The position numbers and the translations under genes were made by a program. A DNA stretch of 30,714 bases from a virus (taxonomy: Duplodnaviria > Caudoviricetes): IMG/VR virus record IMGVR_UViG_3300025502_000100, positions 1 through 30,714 of that record; one strand, 5' to 3'. Below are positions 1-9,420 of this stretch, piece by piece. Position 1 is the first letter of the stretch; every line of letters begins with the position of its first letter. Below the pieces are notes generated by a model. It worked only from the letters and a program-made list of their open reading frames with translations, was not told where the DNA came from and made no database searches.

Positions 1-126
1 TCATTGGTAGTAACTCTAGTACTAAGTGAACCAGTAGCTGCTTGTAAATTAGATACATCAGTTTCATTGGTAGTAACTCTAGTACTAAGTGAACCAGTAG
101 CTGCTTGTAAATTAGATACATCAGTT
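1..126. repeat. Two identical 63-bp tandem units encoding TDVSNLQAATGSLSTRVTTNE on the minus strand
   Basis: 1-63 is identical to 64-126. The array probably continues beyond the window edge. Confidence 0.95.
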
Positions 127-422
127 GCGATTGATGAACTTATGCTAGATAATGTTTCCGTGCCGACTAATGCATTTGACACGTCTCCCACGATAGAACC
201 GGATACTTGAATTGATCCTGTTTGTTCAATATCACCAATTAGTGTTATAGAACCAGTGGTAGTTGAATTTGTGGTGATGACGGATTGGATGGTGTCGTCA
301 TTTCGTTTTATATAGACTTTACCATCTAATGTGTTTATACCAATCTCACCTAAGTCAAGTGAACCTGCAGTGGGTACTCGGTCAGCGACTCCACTTCTTT
401 TTAAAATAATTTTTTGTGCCAT
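1..422 (-). CDS. Tail fibre-like structural protein, 5' part (runs off the left edge; absent from the ORF track)
   Basis: Hand translation from ATG at 422: MAQKIILKRSGVADRVPTAGSLDLGEIGINTLDGKVYIK, resembling the Mtd/hyaluronidase-type N-terminal tail-fibre motif, followed by 21-aa coiled-coil repeats. Putative late promoter upstream. Confidence 0.8.
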   Translation of the reverse strand, partial: MAQKIILKRSGVADRVPTAGSLDLGEIGINTLDGKVYIKRNDDTIQSVITTNSTTTGSITLIGDIEQTGSIQVSGSIVGDVSNALVGTETLSSISSSIATDVSNLQAATGSLSTRVTTNETDVSNLQAATGSLSTRVTTN

Positions 423-441
423 ATGTAGACCTAATTGTAAT

Positions 442-489
442 ACTTATATAAGTTAGTTTACTCAATATATATTGAGGTATCTTATATAA
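442..489 (-). promoter_or_regulatory. Palindromic 5' leader of the tail fibre gene
   Basis: Perfect palindromes ACTTATATAAGT (442-453) and CTCAATATATATTGAG (461-476). On the minus strand TTATATAAG...CTTATATAA can close a longer hairpin. Confidence 0.5.
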
Positions 490-492
490 ATA
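485..492 (-). promoter_or_regulatory. Putative late promoter TATTTATA
   Basis: Recurrent intergenic motif (reads TATAAATA on +) upstream of minus-strand genes. Confidence 0.65.
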
Positions 493-523
493 TTAATCGA
501 TCCAATTATATTACACGATCTAA

Positions 524-3493
524 TTAAAAAGTTCCGCCATTAATAACAGAACTCATCACGAGAGCACCATCCGACTCTCGATATCCAACGAGACTACTCA
601 GTTCAGCTTCTGTGTCTGCAACGGATGTATATCCGAGTTGATTCGATGAGTTTCTAAATACAACACGAGAAGTGCTTGAATTTGCGTCTGGTGCCGTTGT
701 ATCTAGTAATGTTACCAAACCCTTGACTGTTGTGTTTCCACTCGACTGTGAGACAATTAGAGCATCTGTGTCGTATGATAATACAGTGCCAGTATCTTGT
801 AGTAACGAATCTCCAATTGTATTACCCGAAGTTGCTTTTGCAATTGAGTTAATTGAGAGTGATAATTCCGAACCGAATGAGCCAGTGCTAGTTGTAATGA
901 GTTTTGCACTTGTTGCATTTGAATTCTGAATCAACCAATAATCATTAGTAGAATCCCATTGCATCGATGCAGATGTGCCAGCCGACCCACTATCGACGAC
1001 TGAGATGCCAGCATATCTATTATATGGAGAAAATGCGTTTAACTTAATTATATTATCACCTATATTAACAATCGACGAGGATATATTAACTTCAGTCGCA
1101 GACCCTAATATGGTCAAATTACCTTGTATAGATACATCACCACCGACTGCCAAAGCTCCTTGAATAGTCACATCGGTAGGTAGTCCGATTTGATACACAG
1201 GATCATCTATTAAGTCTTGTGAGGAATTTCCAATAATTTCTATTTCGTTGGTGGTTCCTGTCACGGTGAATGAACTTGATTCTAGTTCATCGAGTCGATC
1301 ATTCGCAGATTGACTGTATTCGTTTACATATGTATAAACAGCAAATTGCGTAGGCACCGTATCTTCACCAATCACACCCTGTGAGTTAGTTAGTGTTGAG
1401 TTATTACTAACTTCATTTAGCACATTACCAACAGGTACTCTATTTCTACGGAATGGCCCAAGTCGATCGATTCCTGTTAGGTTAAAATTATTTGCACTGA
1501 TGCTTACATCACCCGTCAGTTGATCGACCGCAAAGAGTTTACCTACTCGCAAATTACCAATATTGTCTGTCGTAGTATGGAACACTCGGCCAGGAGAAAC
1601 CTCACGCACCTCCATAGTCTTATCCGGAACACCTCCATATTTTGGAAGTGCGTTATATGTTACGCCACTGCCTGGGTATTCAAATACAAGGGCACCTGTT
1701 GATATATTTGATAGCTTATGAAAGTTGATGGCATCATTCACCTCTATTTTAGGAGGATTCGGAAATGTTGTGATACGTCTATATGCAGATCCTAAATTAC
1801 TCGGCTCTACATTAGTCACGAGGTAATTGACACCATTTAATATCATATTAGATGAAATCTCAATAGCCCGCACTGGGTCGGACAATTCAATTTCCATCCT
1901 AGTCACACCTGAAATAATAGATTGTGCCGTTGCTTGCACTCCTAGGTTGGTGGATGGGGCGTCGATGACAACCGATGGGTTGGATGTATATCCCGAACCT
2001 GCTTCATTTATTGAAATTTGATCAATTGTACCAATCAATGTTACATTGGCAAATCCTGTTGCTTGAACACCACCTACAATATCAGGTGCACCAATCACGA
2101 CTGGTACTTGAGAACCAGTATATCCAGCACCGTCTTGGTCTATTGTGAATCCACTAACTCTACTAAAATTATTCTCTCTACCGACTCCCGTATTGAATGC
2201 AGTTGGGAAATAAGTCTTAGAAACTAATCCATCATTACCGAAGTCAATCACCGAGTTTGAATTGTTTGCAAATCCACCACTAGCTACCTTAAATCCATAC
2301 GTACAAAATGTCGTGAAACATGATACAAACTGAGCATATCCGTTGTTGATGACCAAGTGACCCGGCCCACCTTGATTTACTTGAGTAAATGCATCTGCCA
2401 CAAATGACTCAAGTGGTGAGCTAGGATGTACTAAATTACCATCAACTCTAATACCACCACCTGCACCAATTGGATTAACCCGTCTGCCTTCACCATCGAT
2501 GTCGTTTGGATTATAAGGCGGCGCTACTTGCACCTTAACACCATTCATGTCAAATGGGCCAGTTATAGAAGAACCATTTTGCACATACGGTGATGTAACT
2601 ATGATAGGTCTTTGTGACAATGGCGCAGGAATCGAAATATGTGGGTTTTCGTCGTCGGCATACCCACTACCCGAATTAATAATATTGATACTTGTAATAG
2701 CGCCGTCAGTGATGTTAGCGGTAAGCACAGCCGCATCGGTGACAGTACCTGCGTCTGCATGCTCTACGAGAATGCCAATGTCTTGATTTGCGCCATTTGT
2801 ATACCCAGATAGAGAGTGTATAACTTCAATAGACGACAGTGACCCATTTGAAATCGTTGCAAGTGCCGTTGAGCATGGGAATGAAAAGGCAAATGCAGGA
2901 AATTGCAAATCTAAGAATCGTAGATCATGAAAATAATTAGCAGAGTCTGCGTGGAAAAAGTCTTTTCTTGGATGTAACGCAGTTAGTCTAGTGGTTCTAA
3001 GAGTATCACCTACGATGGCAACTCCGGCAGGAACATTGATAGGGTTATCTTCTATATAGTCACCACTACCCACGTATATGGTGTAGTTCCTTGGATTTAA
3101 TGCATTTGGAAAGTTTGCCCCAAGGTCTTCTGTAATACTTGCGACCGCTGCTTTGATTGTCTTAAATGGTATGTGGGGTGCTGTTCCACTATTTACATCA
3201 CTCCCTTCAACAGACACGTACAGTCTACGTGATCCTGACATTGCGTTTTCTAACCTGGTCGTCTTTTCGTCAACCGATGCAGAATATTCTACTACGTCGC
3301 CGAGTCCACTAATATAATCGACCGCAAGTTGCCCACCAACTTCCAAATTGTGCGATATACTACCTGTTGCTGCGAATAAATTATCCCATCGTGATGATGC
3401 AGTACCCAAATCAAATGATGTGGTATTAGTTGGGTTTAATGAACCACTTAATGGTTGATTCCAATCTATTTGTTTTGGGGAAATTTTTGACAT
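524..3493 (-). CDS. Virion tail/baseplate-associated protein with a pectin-lyase-like beta-helix region and GxGY repeats (989 aa)
   Basis: LYVSVEGSDVNSGT...PFKTIKAA...IYVGSGDYIEDNPI...IVGDTLR beta-helix entry motif; repeats ITSINIINSGSGY, TIDQDGAGY, ISINEAGSGY; C-terminus ends INGGTF. Confidence 0.7.
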   Translation of the reverse strand: MSKISPKQIDWNQPLSGSLNPTNTTSFDLGTASSRWDNLFAATGSISHNLEVGGQLAVDYISGLGDVVEYSASVDEKTTRLENAMSGSRRLYVSVEGSDVNSGTAPHIPFKTIKAAVASITEDLGANFPNALNPRNYTIYVGSGDYIEDNPINVPAGVAIVGDTLRTTRLTALHPRKDFFHADSANYFHDLRFLDLQFPAFAFSFPCSTALATISNGSLSSIEVIHSLSGYTNGANQDIGILVEHADAGTVTDAAVLTANITDGAITSINIINSGSGYADDENPHISIPAPLSQRPIIVTSPYVQNGSSITGPFDMNGVKVQVAPPYNPNDIDGEGRRVNPIGAGGGIRVDGNLVHPSSPLESFVADAFTQVNQGGPGHLVINNGYAQFVSCFTTFCTYGFKVASGGFANNSNSVIDFGNDGLVSKTYFPTAFNTGVGRENNFSRVSGFTIDQDGAGYTGSQVPVVIGAPDIVGGVQATGFANVTLIGTIDQISINEAGSGYTSNPSVVIDAPSTNLGVQATAQSIISGVTRMEIELSDPVRAIEISSNMILNGVNYLVTNVEPSNLGSAYRRITTFPNPPKIEVNDAINFHKLSNISTGALVFEYPGSGVTYNALPKYGGVPDKTMEVREVSPGRVFHTTTDNIGNLRVGKLFAVDQLTGDVSISANNFNLTGIDRLGPFRRNRVPVGNVLNEVSNNSTLTNSQGVIGEDTVPTQFAVYTYVNEYSQSANDRLDELESSSFTVTGTTNEIEIIGNSSQDLIDDPVYQIGLPTDVTIQGALAVGGDVSIQGNLTILGSATEVNISSSIVNIGDNIIKLNAFSPYNRYAGISVVDSGSAGTSASMQWDSTNDYWLIQNSNATSAKLITTSTGSFGSELSLSINSIAKATSGNTIGDSLLQDTGTVLSYDTDALIVSQSSGNTTVKGLVTLLDTTAPDANSSTSRVVFRNSSNQLGYTSVADTEAELSSLVGYRESDGALVMSSVINGGTF

Positions 3494-3518
3494 CTTTTAA
3501 TTATATAATGGGTTCCCA

Positions 3519-3526
3519 TATAAATA
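3519..3526 (-). promoter_or_regulatory. Putative late promoter TATTTATA
   Basis: Motif 25 nt upstream of the ATG at 3493. Confidence 0.65.
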
Positions 3527-3549
3527 TAACAGTTTACCTATTTACTAAA

Positions 3550-3921
3550 TCATTTTTCGAAATGACCACGTACTAATATACTATCGAGGTCTGTTAAAAT
3601 ATAAAGCAAGTTTCTCACTTGCACTGTAACATTGCCATATTGCTCTATGAATAAATAATCTGTGTGAAATATGCCATTTATAAAAATCTCAAAGTTCACA
3701 GTAGATGTTAAACTTTCTCCTGATACTAATATCCGATTTCCACTTAGGACACTCGCAGTCTTTTCAATGAAATAACTCTGAACTTCTGTGTTATATTCAA
3801 TAGACTGTTCGAAGGTATCTTGTAGAGTGGGGGTACGCTTTTGAATATCAGATGTTTTAACTCGGTTACTTATGATATTTTGTATATTTACGACAGTGGG
3901 TCTACTCATATTGACTTGCAT
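3550..3921 (-). CDS. Hypothetical virion protein (123 aa)
   Basis: Tightly packed ORF; FEIFINGI...DSILVRGHF resembles the C-terminal domain of the neighbouring 144-aa ORF. The start could be 3909. Confidence 0.6.
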   Translation of the reverse strand: MQVNMSRPTVVNIQNIISNRVKTSDIQKRTPTLQDTFEQSIEYNTEVQSYFIEKTASVLSGNRILVSGESLTSTVNFEIFINGIFHTDYLFIEQYGNVTVQVRNLLYILTDLDSILVRGHFEK

Positions 3922-3924
3922 TAA

Positions 3925-4359
3925 TTAATTGATGGTTTCAAACTTTCCAACACCTTTAACTTCGTCTGTGTTGGATAATTCAAATCCAATTAAACTTATG
4001 TCGAATGTGAAAATTAATGACTCGGTGCTCTCGACATAACTCCAGGCATTCGATGGTATTAGCACTCCGTTGATGAATATCGAAAATAAGTCACCTGCAT
4101 TGTATTGCAAGTAATCCACATCCGGTATTGGACGTATTCTTTGACTTTGAAATGTAAACTGAGTTGATGATGTGAATGTAGCGATGCGCACCGCTTCATA
4201 CGATACGAAGGCAAGTGCGGCTTCAATCTCAGCATTTTTAGCAAAAGTTGTATTACTAGCAGTGAATGCCTCTCGCCCAACGAGCGCCCCAATTCGATTA
4301 GATTCTGAATACCCTCGTTGTCTATTTGCCAAGTCTTGTATGATGTCTCGTTTTTTCAT
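3925..4359 (-). CDS. Hypothetical virion protein (144 aa)
   Basis: FSIFINGV...DEVKGVGKF beta-rich domain; overlaps the upstream stop by 4 nt. Confidence 0.65.
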   Translation of the reverse strand: MKKRDIIQDLANRQRGYSESNRIGALVGREAFTASNTTFAKNAEIEAALAFVSYEAVRIATFTSSTQFTFQSQRIRPIPDVDYLQYNAGDLFSIFINGVLIPSNAWSYVESTESLIFTFDISLIGFELSNTDEVKGVGKFETIN

Positions 4360-5177
4360 AAGTTTTTTACAATTGCTTCAGTGAATATAACAGTTTTTTG
4401 TGTACTAAATGAACGGACTACTGCTTCGTCATTTTCGATGTCATCTATATTATCAGGTAATATATATCCTTTGACGAGTAAATTGAAATTTGTTCTAACA
4501 ATTCGTTCCGAATTGTCTGTCATCTCGTTCGATGTATTAAAAACATCGATGGTAGATTTGAACTTAGGGCCGTTCGCAACCCCCCAATATTCATCCGAGT
4601 TCCAATTTAACTGCTCGATTAGTTGATTGCTGTGCGTGACATAGTCAGTCCATATTAAAAATTCATAATCCATTTGCATAAAATCACCCAACCTAACTTT
4701 ATACAGTTCCTTGGTTGGCATCAGTCCTGTTTGCTTGGAAAATTTATCATAACGGTTTTTCTTAGAGTATCCAGTCGTGAACGAAATTCTCTCTTCTTGG
4801 TTAAGTCTACGAGTGATATCATCTCGTCTACTTATATTAACACGCCTGAACATCAGTATGGGTATCTGAACTTGTCCCTTTTGATCTTTTATATAACCAG
4901 TCTCGGTTGCTTGTGCCCATTTCTCAGGATCACCATATATAATTGGAACGTGTTTCTTAGTGCCATTAACAACCACCGTTAAATTTATTTGCTCTAAATA
5001 CGCAAGTATAGCCGTATCAATATCGAGAATTGATATGGTTTCCTGCTTATAATCAGAATTTACCTTAGACCGCTGCAGTGCTCTATTCATGGGTGGTCTG
5101 TTAGGTGCAAGTCCTTGTTCAATATTAATGAATTGCCCACCCTCACCCAGTGTAAAATTATCAGTACCTTGTGCCAT
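4356..5177 (-). CDS. Tail completion / sheath stabilizer protein, T4 gp15-like
   Basis: VPIIYGDPEKW and QIPILMFRR motifs; position after the gp13/gp14-like genes. Confidence 0.7.
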   Translation of the reverse strand: MAQGTDNFTLGEGGQFINIEQGLAPNRPPMNRALQRSKVNSDYKQETISILDIDTAILAYLEQINLTVVVNGTKKHVPIIYGDPEKWAQATETGYIKDQKGQVQIPILMFRRVNISRRDDITRRLNQEERISFTTGYSKKNRYDKFSKQTGLMPTKELYKVRLGDFMQMDYEFLIWTDYVTHSNQLIEQLNWNSDEYWGVANGPKFKSTIDVFNTSNEMTDNSERIVRTNFNLLVKGYILPDNIDDIENDEAVVRSFSTQKTVIFTEAIVKNL

Positions 5178-5178
5178 A

Positions 5179-5631
5179 TTATGTCAATTCCTCAAAATTA
5201 ATCTTTGAATTTCTCATGATTGCGGTATTACACAGTATTGAATGCTTGAACTCGGGGTTACCCGCTACTAGTTGGTTATCGATCATACCACCAATTTCAT
5301 AGTACATGCCATTGAATTTAATAACATCACCAATCATCGGTTTAAAGTTTGCGTCAACGAGTGATTTCCGTAAAAATCTAAACTGATATGATTGGTTAAC
5401 GTCCGACCCAAATCCTTGATAATCTGTGATTTCATCATCTCGTTCAATCAGGCAATTTATGCTAAGTCCAGTCATGTATGTTTTACCGTCGACTGACTCA
5501 CCATAAATGTTTTTTTCAGATTGAACTACATCAAGTCTGAAAATGATGACGGAGTTTTCGACAAAATCATTTATCAACTCTTCATTAATTGATTGAAATA
5601 GTGTAAAATCTCTGCTTTCAAAAAACGGCAT
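5179..5631 (-). CDS. Neck / head-closure protein, T4 gp14-like
   Basis: NIYGES and PMIGDVIKFNGMYYEI motifs; synteny. Confidence 0.65.
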   Translation of the reverse strand: MPFFESRDFTLFQSINEELINDFVENSVIIFRLDVVQSEKNIYGESVDGKTYMTGLSINCLIERDDEITDYQGFGSDVNQSYQFRFLRKSLVDANFKPMIGDVIKFNGMYYEIGGMIDNQLVAGNPEFKHSILCNTAIMRNSKINFEELT

Positions 5632-5635
5632 ACTG

Positions 5636-6808
5636 CTATCCTATAAAGATGTATGTGGGAACTCTGCTCAATTGACTCTGCATCATGTCACCTATTTCAG
5701 ACTCTATTTCCATTTGTCTACGACGGCCTGTTTCTTCTAAGTTCTCACGAAGTTGTTGAACTAAGGTATCTCGTTCTTGCTGTGCCTCCGCTCGCAATGC
5801 AGCACCGTCGAGTGATACTTCTGATCCAGGAATGGGTATCGATGAATATTTTTCTCGTATCGCACCAAGTAACTCCTTACACAATGTGAGTGTATATTTC
5901 TTCACCCATTGATGTCCGATATCATTTATATCAGAAAATTGTATATTTTTATATGGTGCGTTCGAATAATCAGATACTACATTAGCATCACTGCGGGATG
6001 CGATATCACTTCGGTCAGTTTTTAAAATATAGTCAAACCATATATTAAATTCTCGTCTAGGAATTGGGAACACAGTTAACTTATTATTAGTCAACTTGAA
6101 TGTATAGGCAGACCTGCGGATAGTATCATTCAGTTCAATTGCCTGAATTCGTAGGACATCTTCATATACAGGATTCAATACAAAGTTCATTCCAGGAGAA
6201 AACCCTCCAAATCCAAATGATTCCATCATGTTTCTAAATCCACCACTACCCCCACCTGTTGACAGTGGGTCAAAGAATCTGCTAGAGGCAGGCCCGATTC
6301 CATGATAAATCTTTTTAATTTCCATGTTAGACTTACCATCCTTAAAAATATCGAGAGACCCACTCAGTGAAGACTCTGTTAATAAGTCATATACTTGAGA
6401 TCCAGTAACCACCTTAACATGTGCTTTTCTAATTTCAATGTCACCACCCACATTGACTTCCGATCCATAGTCAGACGCAAGTTTTACGATGTTCGCCATC
6501 TCACCACCTTGTACATTGGTGCTATTTAGATTGGCATCAAGGGGGGATCCTTGTATCTTCATCATATTTTGTCTAATATTGAATTGATGAACCTGTGAGC
6601 TGTACTCGGACGTTGCTTCTTCAAAGCAAGTATATATTTGAAAATCAGTTAGTTCCACGTCAACTATAGGATATCCCAATCTATTAGCAACCCATACGCC
6701 AATGCGAGGGCCTTGTTGCTGAAAAATTGGGTCATCGTCGTAGGTTCCGAATGGAGTCGACCCACTTATCGCAGACCCACTTCCTGGCCACTTTGGTATA
6801 CTTGCCAT
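5636..6808 (-). CDS. Neck protein, T4 gp13-like
   Basis: RLGYPIVDVELTDFQIYTCFEEA and WVKKYTLTLCKELLGAIREKYSSIPIPG...LDG motifs. Confidence 0.8.
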   Translation of the reverse strand: MASIPKWPGSGSAISGSTPFGTYDDDPIFQQQGPRIGVWVANRLGYPIVDVELTDFQIYTCFEEATSEYSSQVHQFNIRQNMMKIQGSPLDANLNSTNVQGGEMANIVKLASDYGSEVNVGGDIEIRKAHVKVVTGSQVYDLLTESSLSGSLDIFKDGKSNMEIKKIYHGIGPASSRFFDPLSTGGGSGGFRNMMESFGFGGFSPGMNFVLNPVYEDVLRIQAIELNDTIRRSAYTFKLTNNKLTVFPIPRREFNIWFDYILKTDRSDIASRSDANVVSDYSNAPYKNIQFSDINDIGHQWVKKYTLTLCKELLGAIREKYSSIPIPGSEVSLDGAALRAEAQQERDTLVQQLRENLEETGRRRQMEIESEIGDMMQSQLSRVPTYIFIG

Positions 6809-6827
6809 TATCTATAATCCTTTTTAC

Positions 6828-6835
6828 TATAAATA
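6828..6835 (-). promoter_or_regulatory. Putative late promoter TATTTATA
   Basis: Motif 19 nt upstream of the ATG at 6808. Confidence 0.65.
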
Positions 6836-6877
6836 TAAGGCAATATGGGATTATGTGAGTCTAAAAAAATTAATCAA

Positions 6878-7534
6878 CTATCGACGCACGTAATGAGTCT
6901 GCCAAACATCTTTAGATAACCCCACATCAATCACAACTGCTCTGCCATCGAATATTCCCCAATTTGCCTTTGTTTTAAAATCATTCACCTCTATGTCATA
7001 TGATCGTGCGAGTTCCGCTATTTTTTCAATATACTCACGGCGAGTCTCAGCATCATCCTCAGATAACTGACCAACCGATAGTCCGGGGTCGAGTCGATTA
7101 GTACGAGGCCCAACATTTCCGACGTAGTTTGCCATTCGTACTAAGTCATCTAAGCTATCGCATTTCATTATATTACATAACTCACGCTCGGATGCTTTTT
7201 CAGCAAATTCCGTATGAATCCATACAGGTGGGTCATTTTGCATATCATAATCAATCAAGGGGATTGCAATTTCAAGACCTTCCATGTAATAGTCATCTAA
7301 AAAGTCTGCCTCTGCCTTATTTTGAGCAAACCCTTTTTTATTCTTTACGAATTTCAATATAGTCTTTCGTCCCTCAAACTCAATCACGACTGCAATTCGA
7401 GAAGATCCTGTACCTGCTTTTTTTGCACGATCTATTGCATATTTTAATCTAGACTTAAATGATTTATTAGCATTAAACTCAGTCTTGTCCCATTCAATTG
7501 GGAGTGGCATTTCTATTAATAATGATCTTTTCAT
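6878..7534 (-). CDS. Minimal protein-kinase-like enzyme (218 aa)
   Basis: Gly loop GTGSSRIAV, beta3 Lys (TILKF), alphaC Glu (QNKAE), catalytic loop NDFKTKANWG, DFG-like VIDVG. Confidence 0.7.
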   Translation of the reverse strand: MKRSLLIEMPLPIEWDKTEFNANKSFKSRLKYAIDRAKKAGTGSSRIAVVIEFEGRKTILKFVKNKKGFAQNKAEADFLDDYYMEGLEIAIPLIDYDMQNDPPVWIHTEFAEKASERELCNIMKCDSLDDLVRMANYVGNVGPRTNRLDPGLSVGQLSEDDAETRREYIEKIAELARSYDIEVNDFKTKANWGIFDGRAVVIDVGLSKDVWQTHYVRR

Positions 7535-7561
7535 GTTTTTTAATTATGTTAGGATGTCCCC

Positions 7562-7569
7562 TATAAATA
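7562..7569 (-). promoter_or_regulatory. Putative late promoter TATTTATA
   Basis: Motif 27 nt upstream of the kinase ATG. Confidence 0.6.
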
Positions 7570-7572
7570 GCA

Positions 7573-9327
7573 TCACTGTGGTAATTTCTCATAGCACTTT
7601 ACCCATTTACTAGTACCACAGTCCCATATTCTATCATAACCATTTACTTGCATATTTTCCCACTCGGTTAGGTTGGCGTTAAATATGTCTAGTTTTTTTT
7701 CTAATTTATGTTTTTGGAAAGTCACTCGATTGTACATATGTAGATAGTCATTTGATTTGAAGTACATGTATGATGGTTTTGTGTAGTTCACGAACTCAAA
7801 CCCGAGTGACCGATAAACTTCACCTTGAAAGTACCGTCTGTCTGAGAATGTTACCATTGATGTGGGGTTGAACATGCGTTCGAAGAACTTAAGCAGTTTA
7901 GATGCCCCACCAACAACCGATGTGTTGAGTTTGTTACAGTATCTAGAAATCTCCCACTGGTATGATTTACTATATCGAGATTTAACAAAACTCATAACCG
8001 ATACTAACTCATCAAGGTAATATAGTCCAAGTTGAACAGATGCTTGATCATGTCCTTGTAAATGATTTTCGTCTAAGAATGACGCACTCTCACTATGAGT
8101 GATTTGTAATATAGTGCATTTTCTACCATGTATTCGAGCACTATACCCTCCTATATAGGATTGTATTATAGATTTAACTATATTTTTTTTGTACAACCAT
8201 TCATTTTCAAACACATGGAGTAAATTAACTCCAACCGCATCACATGATATCGTCTTACTCAAGTGATATGCCTTATCAGTACGACCACTTCTCTCAGAGT
8301 GCCAATATAGTCCGTTATATTCAATGGCTAGTGACATACTTGGTAGGTAGATGTCAACTTCTTTTGGTGAAATAACCGACCTACTGTTGATTATAACGTC
8401 GCCGTCGTACACTGATTTTATAAATTCATGCAATTCTACTTGCGCGGATGATCGTGTGGTTGTATAGCATATAGGACATATTGGTATATTTCCATTGTCA
8501 ATAGATGCACTGAAGTCTGTGGTGCATTCCGTGCATTTAAATAGATATTTCTTAGAAGACACTCCCTCATAATCGTCCAATGTAAATAGTGGTTTAATTT
8601 TTAGTTCATCTGACATAGCAATAAACTTATGAATTACGGACTGTCCAATTTGTTGCCTATACTCATCCGTCTGTTGGTAATAGTCTACCCCATACTTGGA
8701 CTGATTGGTCTGTTTATGTTTAACCATGTTATTGTAGTTTTCGTCACCATACCTATCTAATTTAGTTTGTTTTATAGCACGGATGCCATTTGGGGTTGCC
8801 GTGTATGAGTGGGCACCATATTTAATTAAATTAGTTTCTATGATTTTAGCAGCATTATTGTAATTAGCATCACCATGTACACCTAGCTTAGTTTTTAAAT
8901 TTTGCTCTGAATTATTATAGTTAGCATTTCCATATCTGTCGAACTTCGTATCCTTGATTTTGTTTCGGTACAAGTCTATTTCCATGATATTATCAACACC
9001 GTAATTAGACTGCAGTGTAGTTCGGATCGATTTCCTTATTTTATCCTTGGTGGCGTCAGTGTGCGGTTTTTTAGGTGCGTGATTTTTGGTGTATTGTTTA
9101 AAAAACGGGCCTGTCTTAGTAGGTTTGAATGCTAACTCAGTACCACACCCACATGCACATGTTGGTACTACTCCATTGAAATAATGTTTAATGATATAGC
9201 AACGTTTGCTCATGTTATGAACTTTATTAACATGAGACATGCATAGTCTAGCAGTGTCAAACTTAGTATTACATTCGTTACATTTCAGTAAGTCGGTTTT
9301 ATTGATTATTATATCAGATGGATTCAT
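7573..9327 (-). CDS. Free-standing Hef-like homing endonuclease (584 aa)
   Basis: C2H2 finger (CNEC..HVNKVH), CACGCG, KYG-type repeats, CTEC..CPIC, nuclease motif EVDIYLPSMSLAIEYNGLYWHS, and a C-terminal FLDENHLQG/WEISRYC/GGASKL/RIWDCG domain. Confidence 0.75.
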   Translation of the reverse strand: MNPSDIIINKTDLLKCNECNTKFDTARLCMSHVNKVHNMSKRCYIIKHYFNGVVPTCACGCGTELAFKPTKTGPFFKQYTKNHAPKKPHTDATKDKIRKSIRTTLQSNYGVDNIMEIDLYRNKIKDTKFDRYGNANYNNSEQNLKTKLGVHGDANYNNAAKIIETNLIKYGAHSYTATPNGIRAIKQTKLDRYGDENYNNMVKHKQTNQSKYGVDYYQQTDEYRQQIGQSVIHKFIAMSDELKIKPLFTLDDYEGVSSKKYLFKCTECTTDFSASIDNGNIPICPICYTTTRSSAQVELHEFIKSVYDGDVIINSRSVISPKEVDIYLPSMSLAIEYNGLYWHSERSGRTDKAYHLSKTISCDAVGVNLLHVFENEWLYKKNIVKSIIQSYIGGYSARIHGRKCTILQITHSESASFLDENHLQGHDQASVQLGLYYLDELVSVMSFVKSRYSKSYQWEISRYCNKLNTSVVGGASKLLKFFERMFNPTSMVTFSDRRYFQGEVYRSLGFEFVNYTKPSYMYFKSNDYLHMYNRVTFQKHKLEKKLDIFNANLTEWENMQVNGYDRIWDCGTSKWVKCYEKLPQ

Positions 9328-9332
9328 GGTTC

Positions 9333-9360
9333 AATATATGAATTTTAAATGTAATAACAA
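9333..9360 (-). promoter_or_regulatory. Possible sigma70-like promoter for the endonuclease gene
   Basis: TTGTTA-16 nt-TATATT immediately after the capsid terminator. AT-rich context makes it weak evidence. Confidence 0.3.
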
Positions 9361-9392
9361 AAAAAAAGGAAACCCTTACGGATTTCCTTTTT
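9359..9392 (-). terminator. Rho-independent terminator after the major capsid gene
   Basis: GGAAATCC-GTAA-GGGTTTCC hairpin followed by T9 on the minus strand. Confidence 0.9.
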
Positions 9393-9420
9393 AATTTTTC
9401 AACTAAATTCAAACTTTATA

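Noticed and set aside
1-126. CRISPR array
   Set aside because: The repeats are contiguous with no spacers and are in-frame coding repeats.
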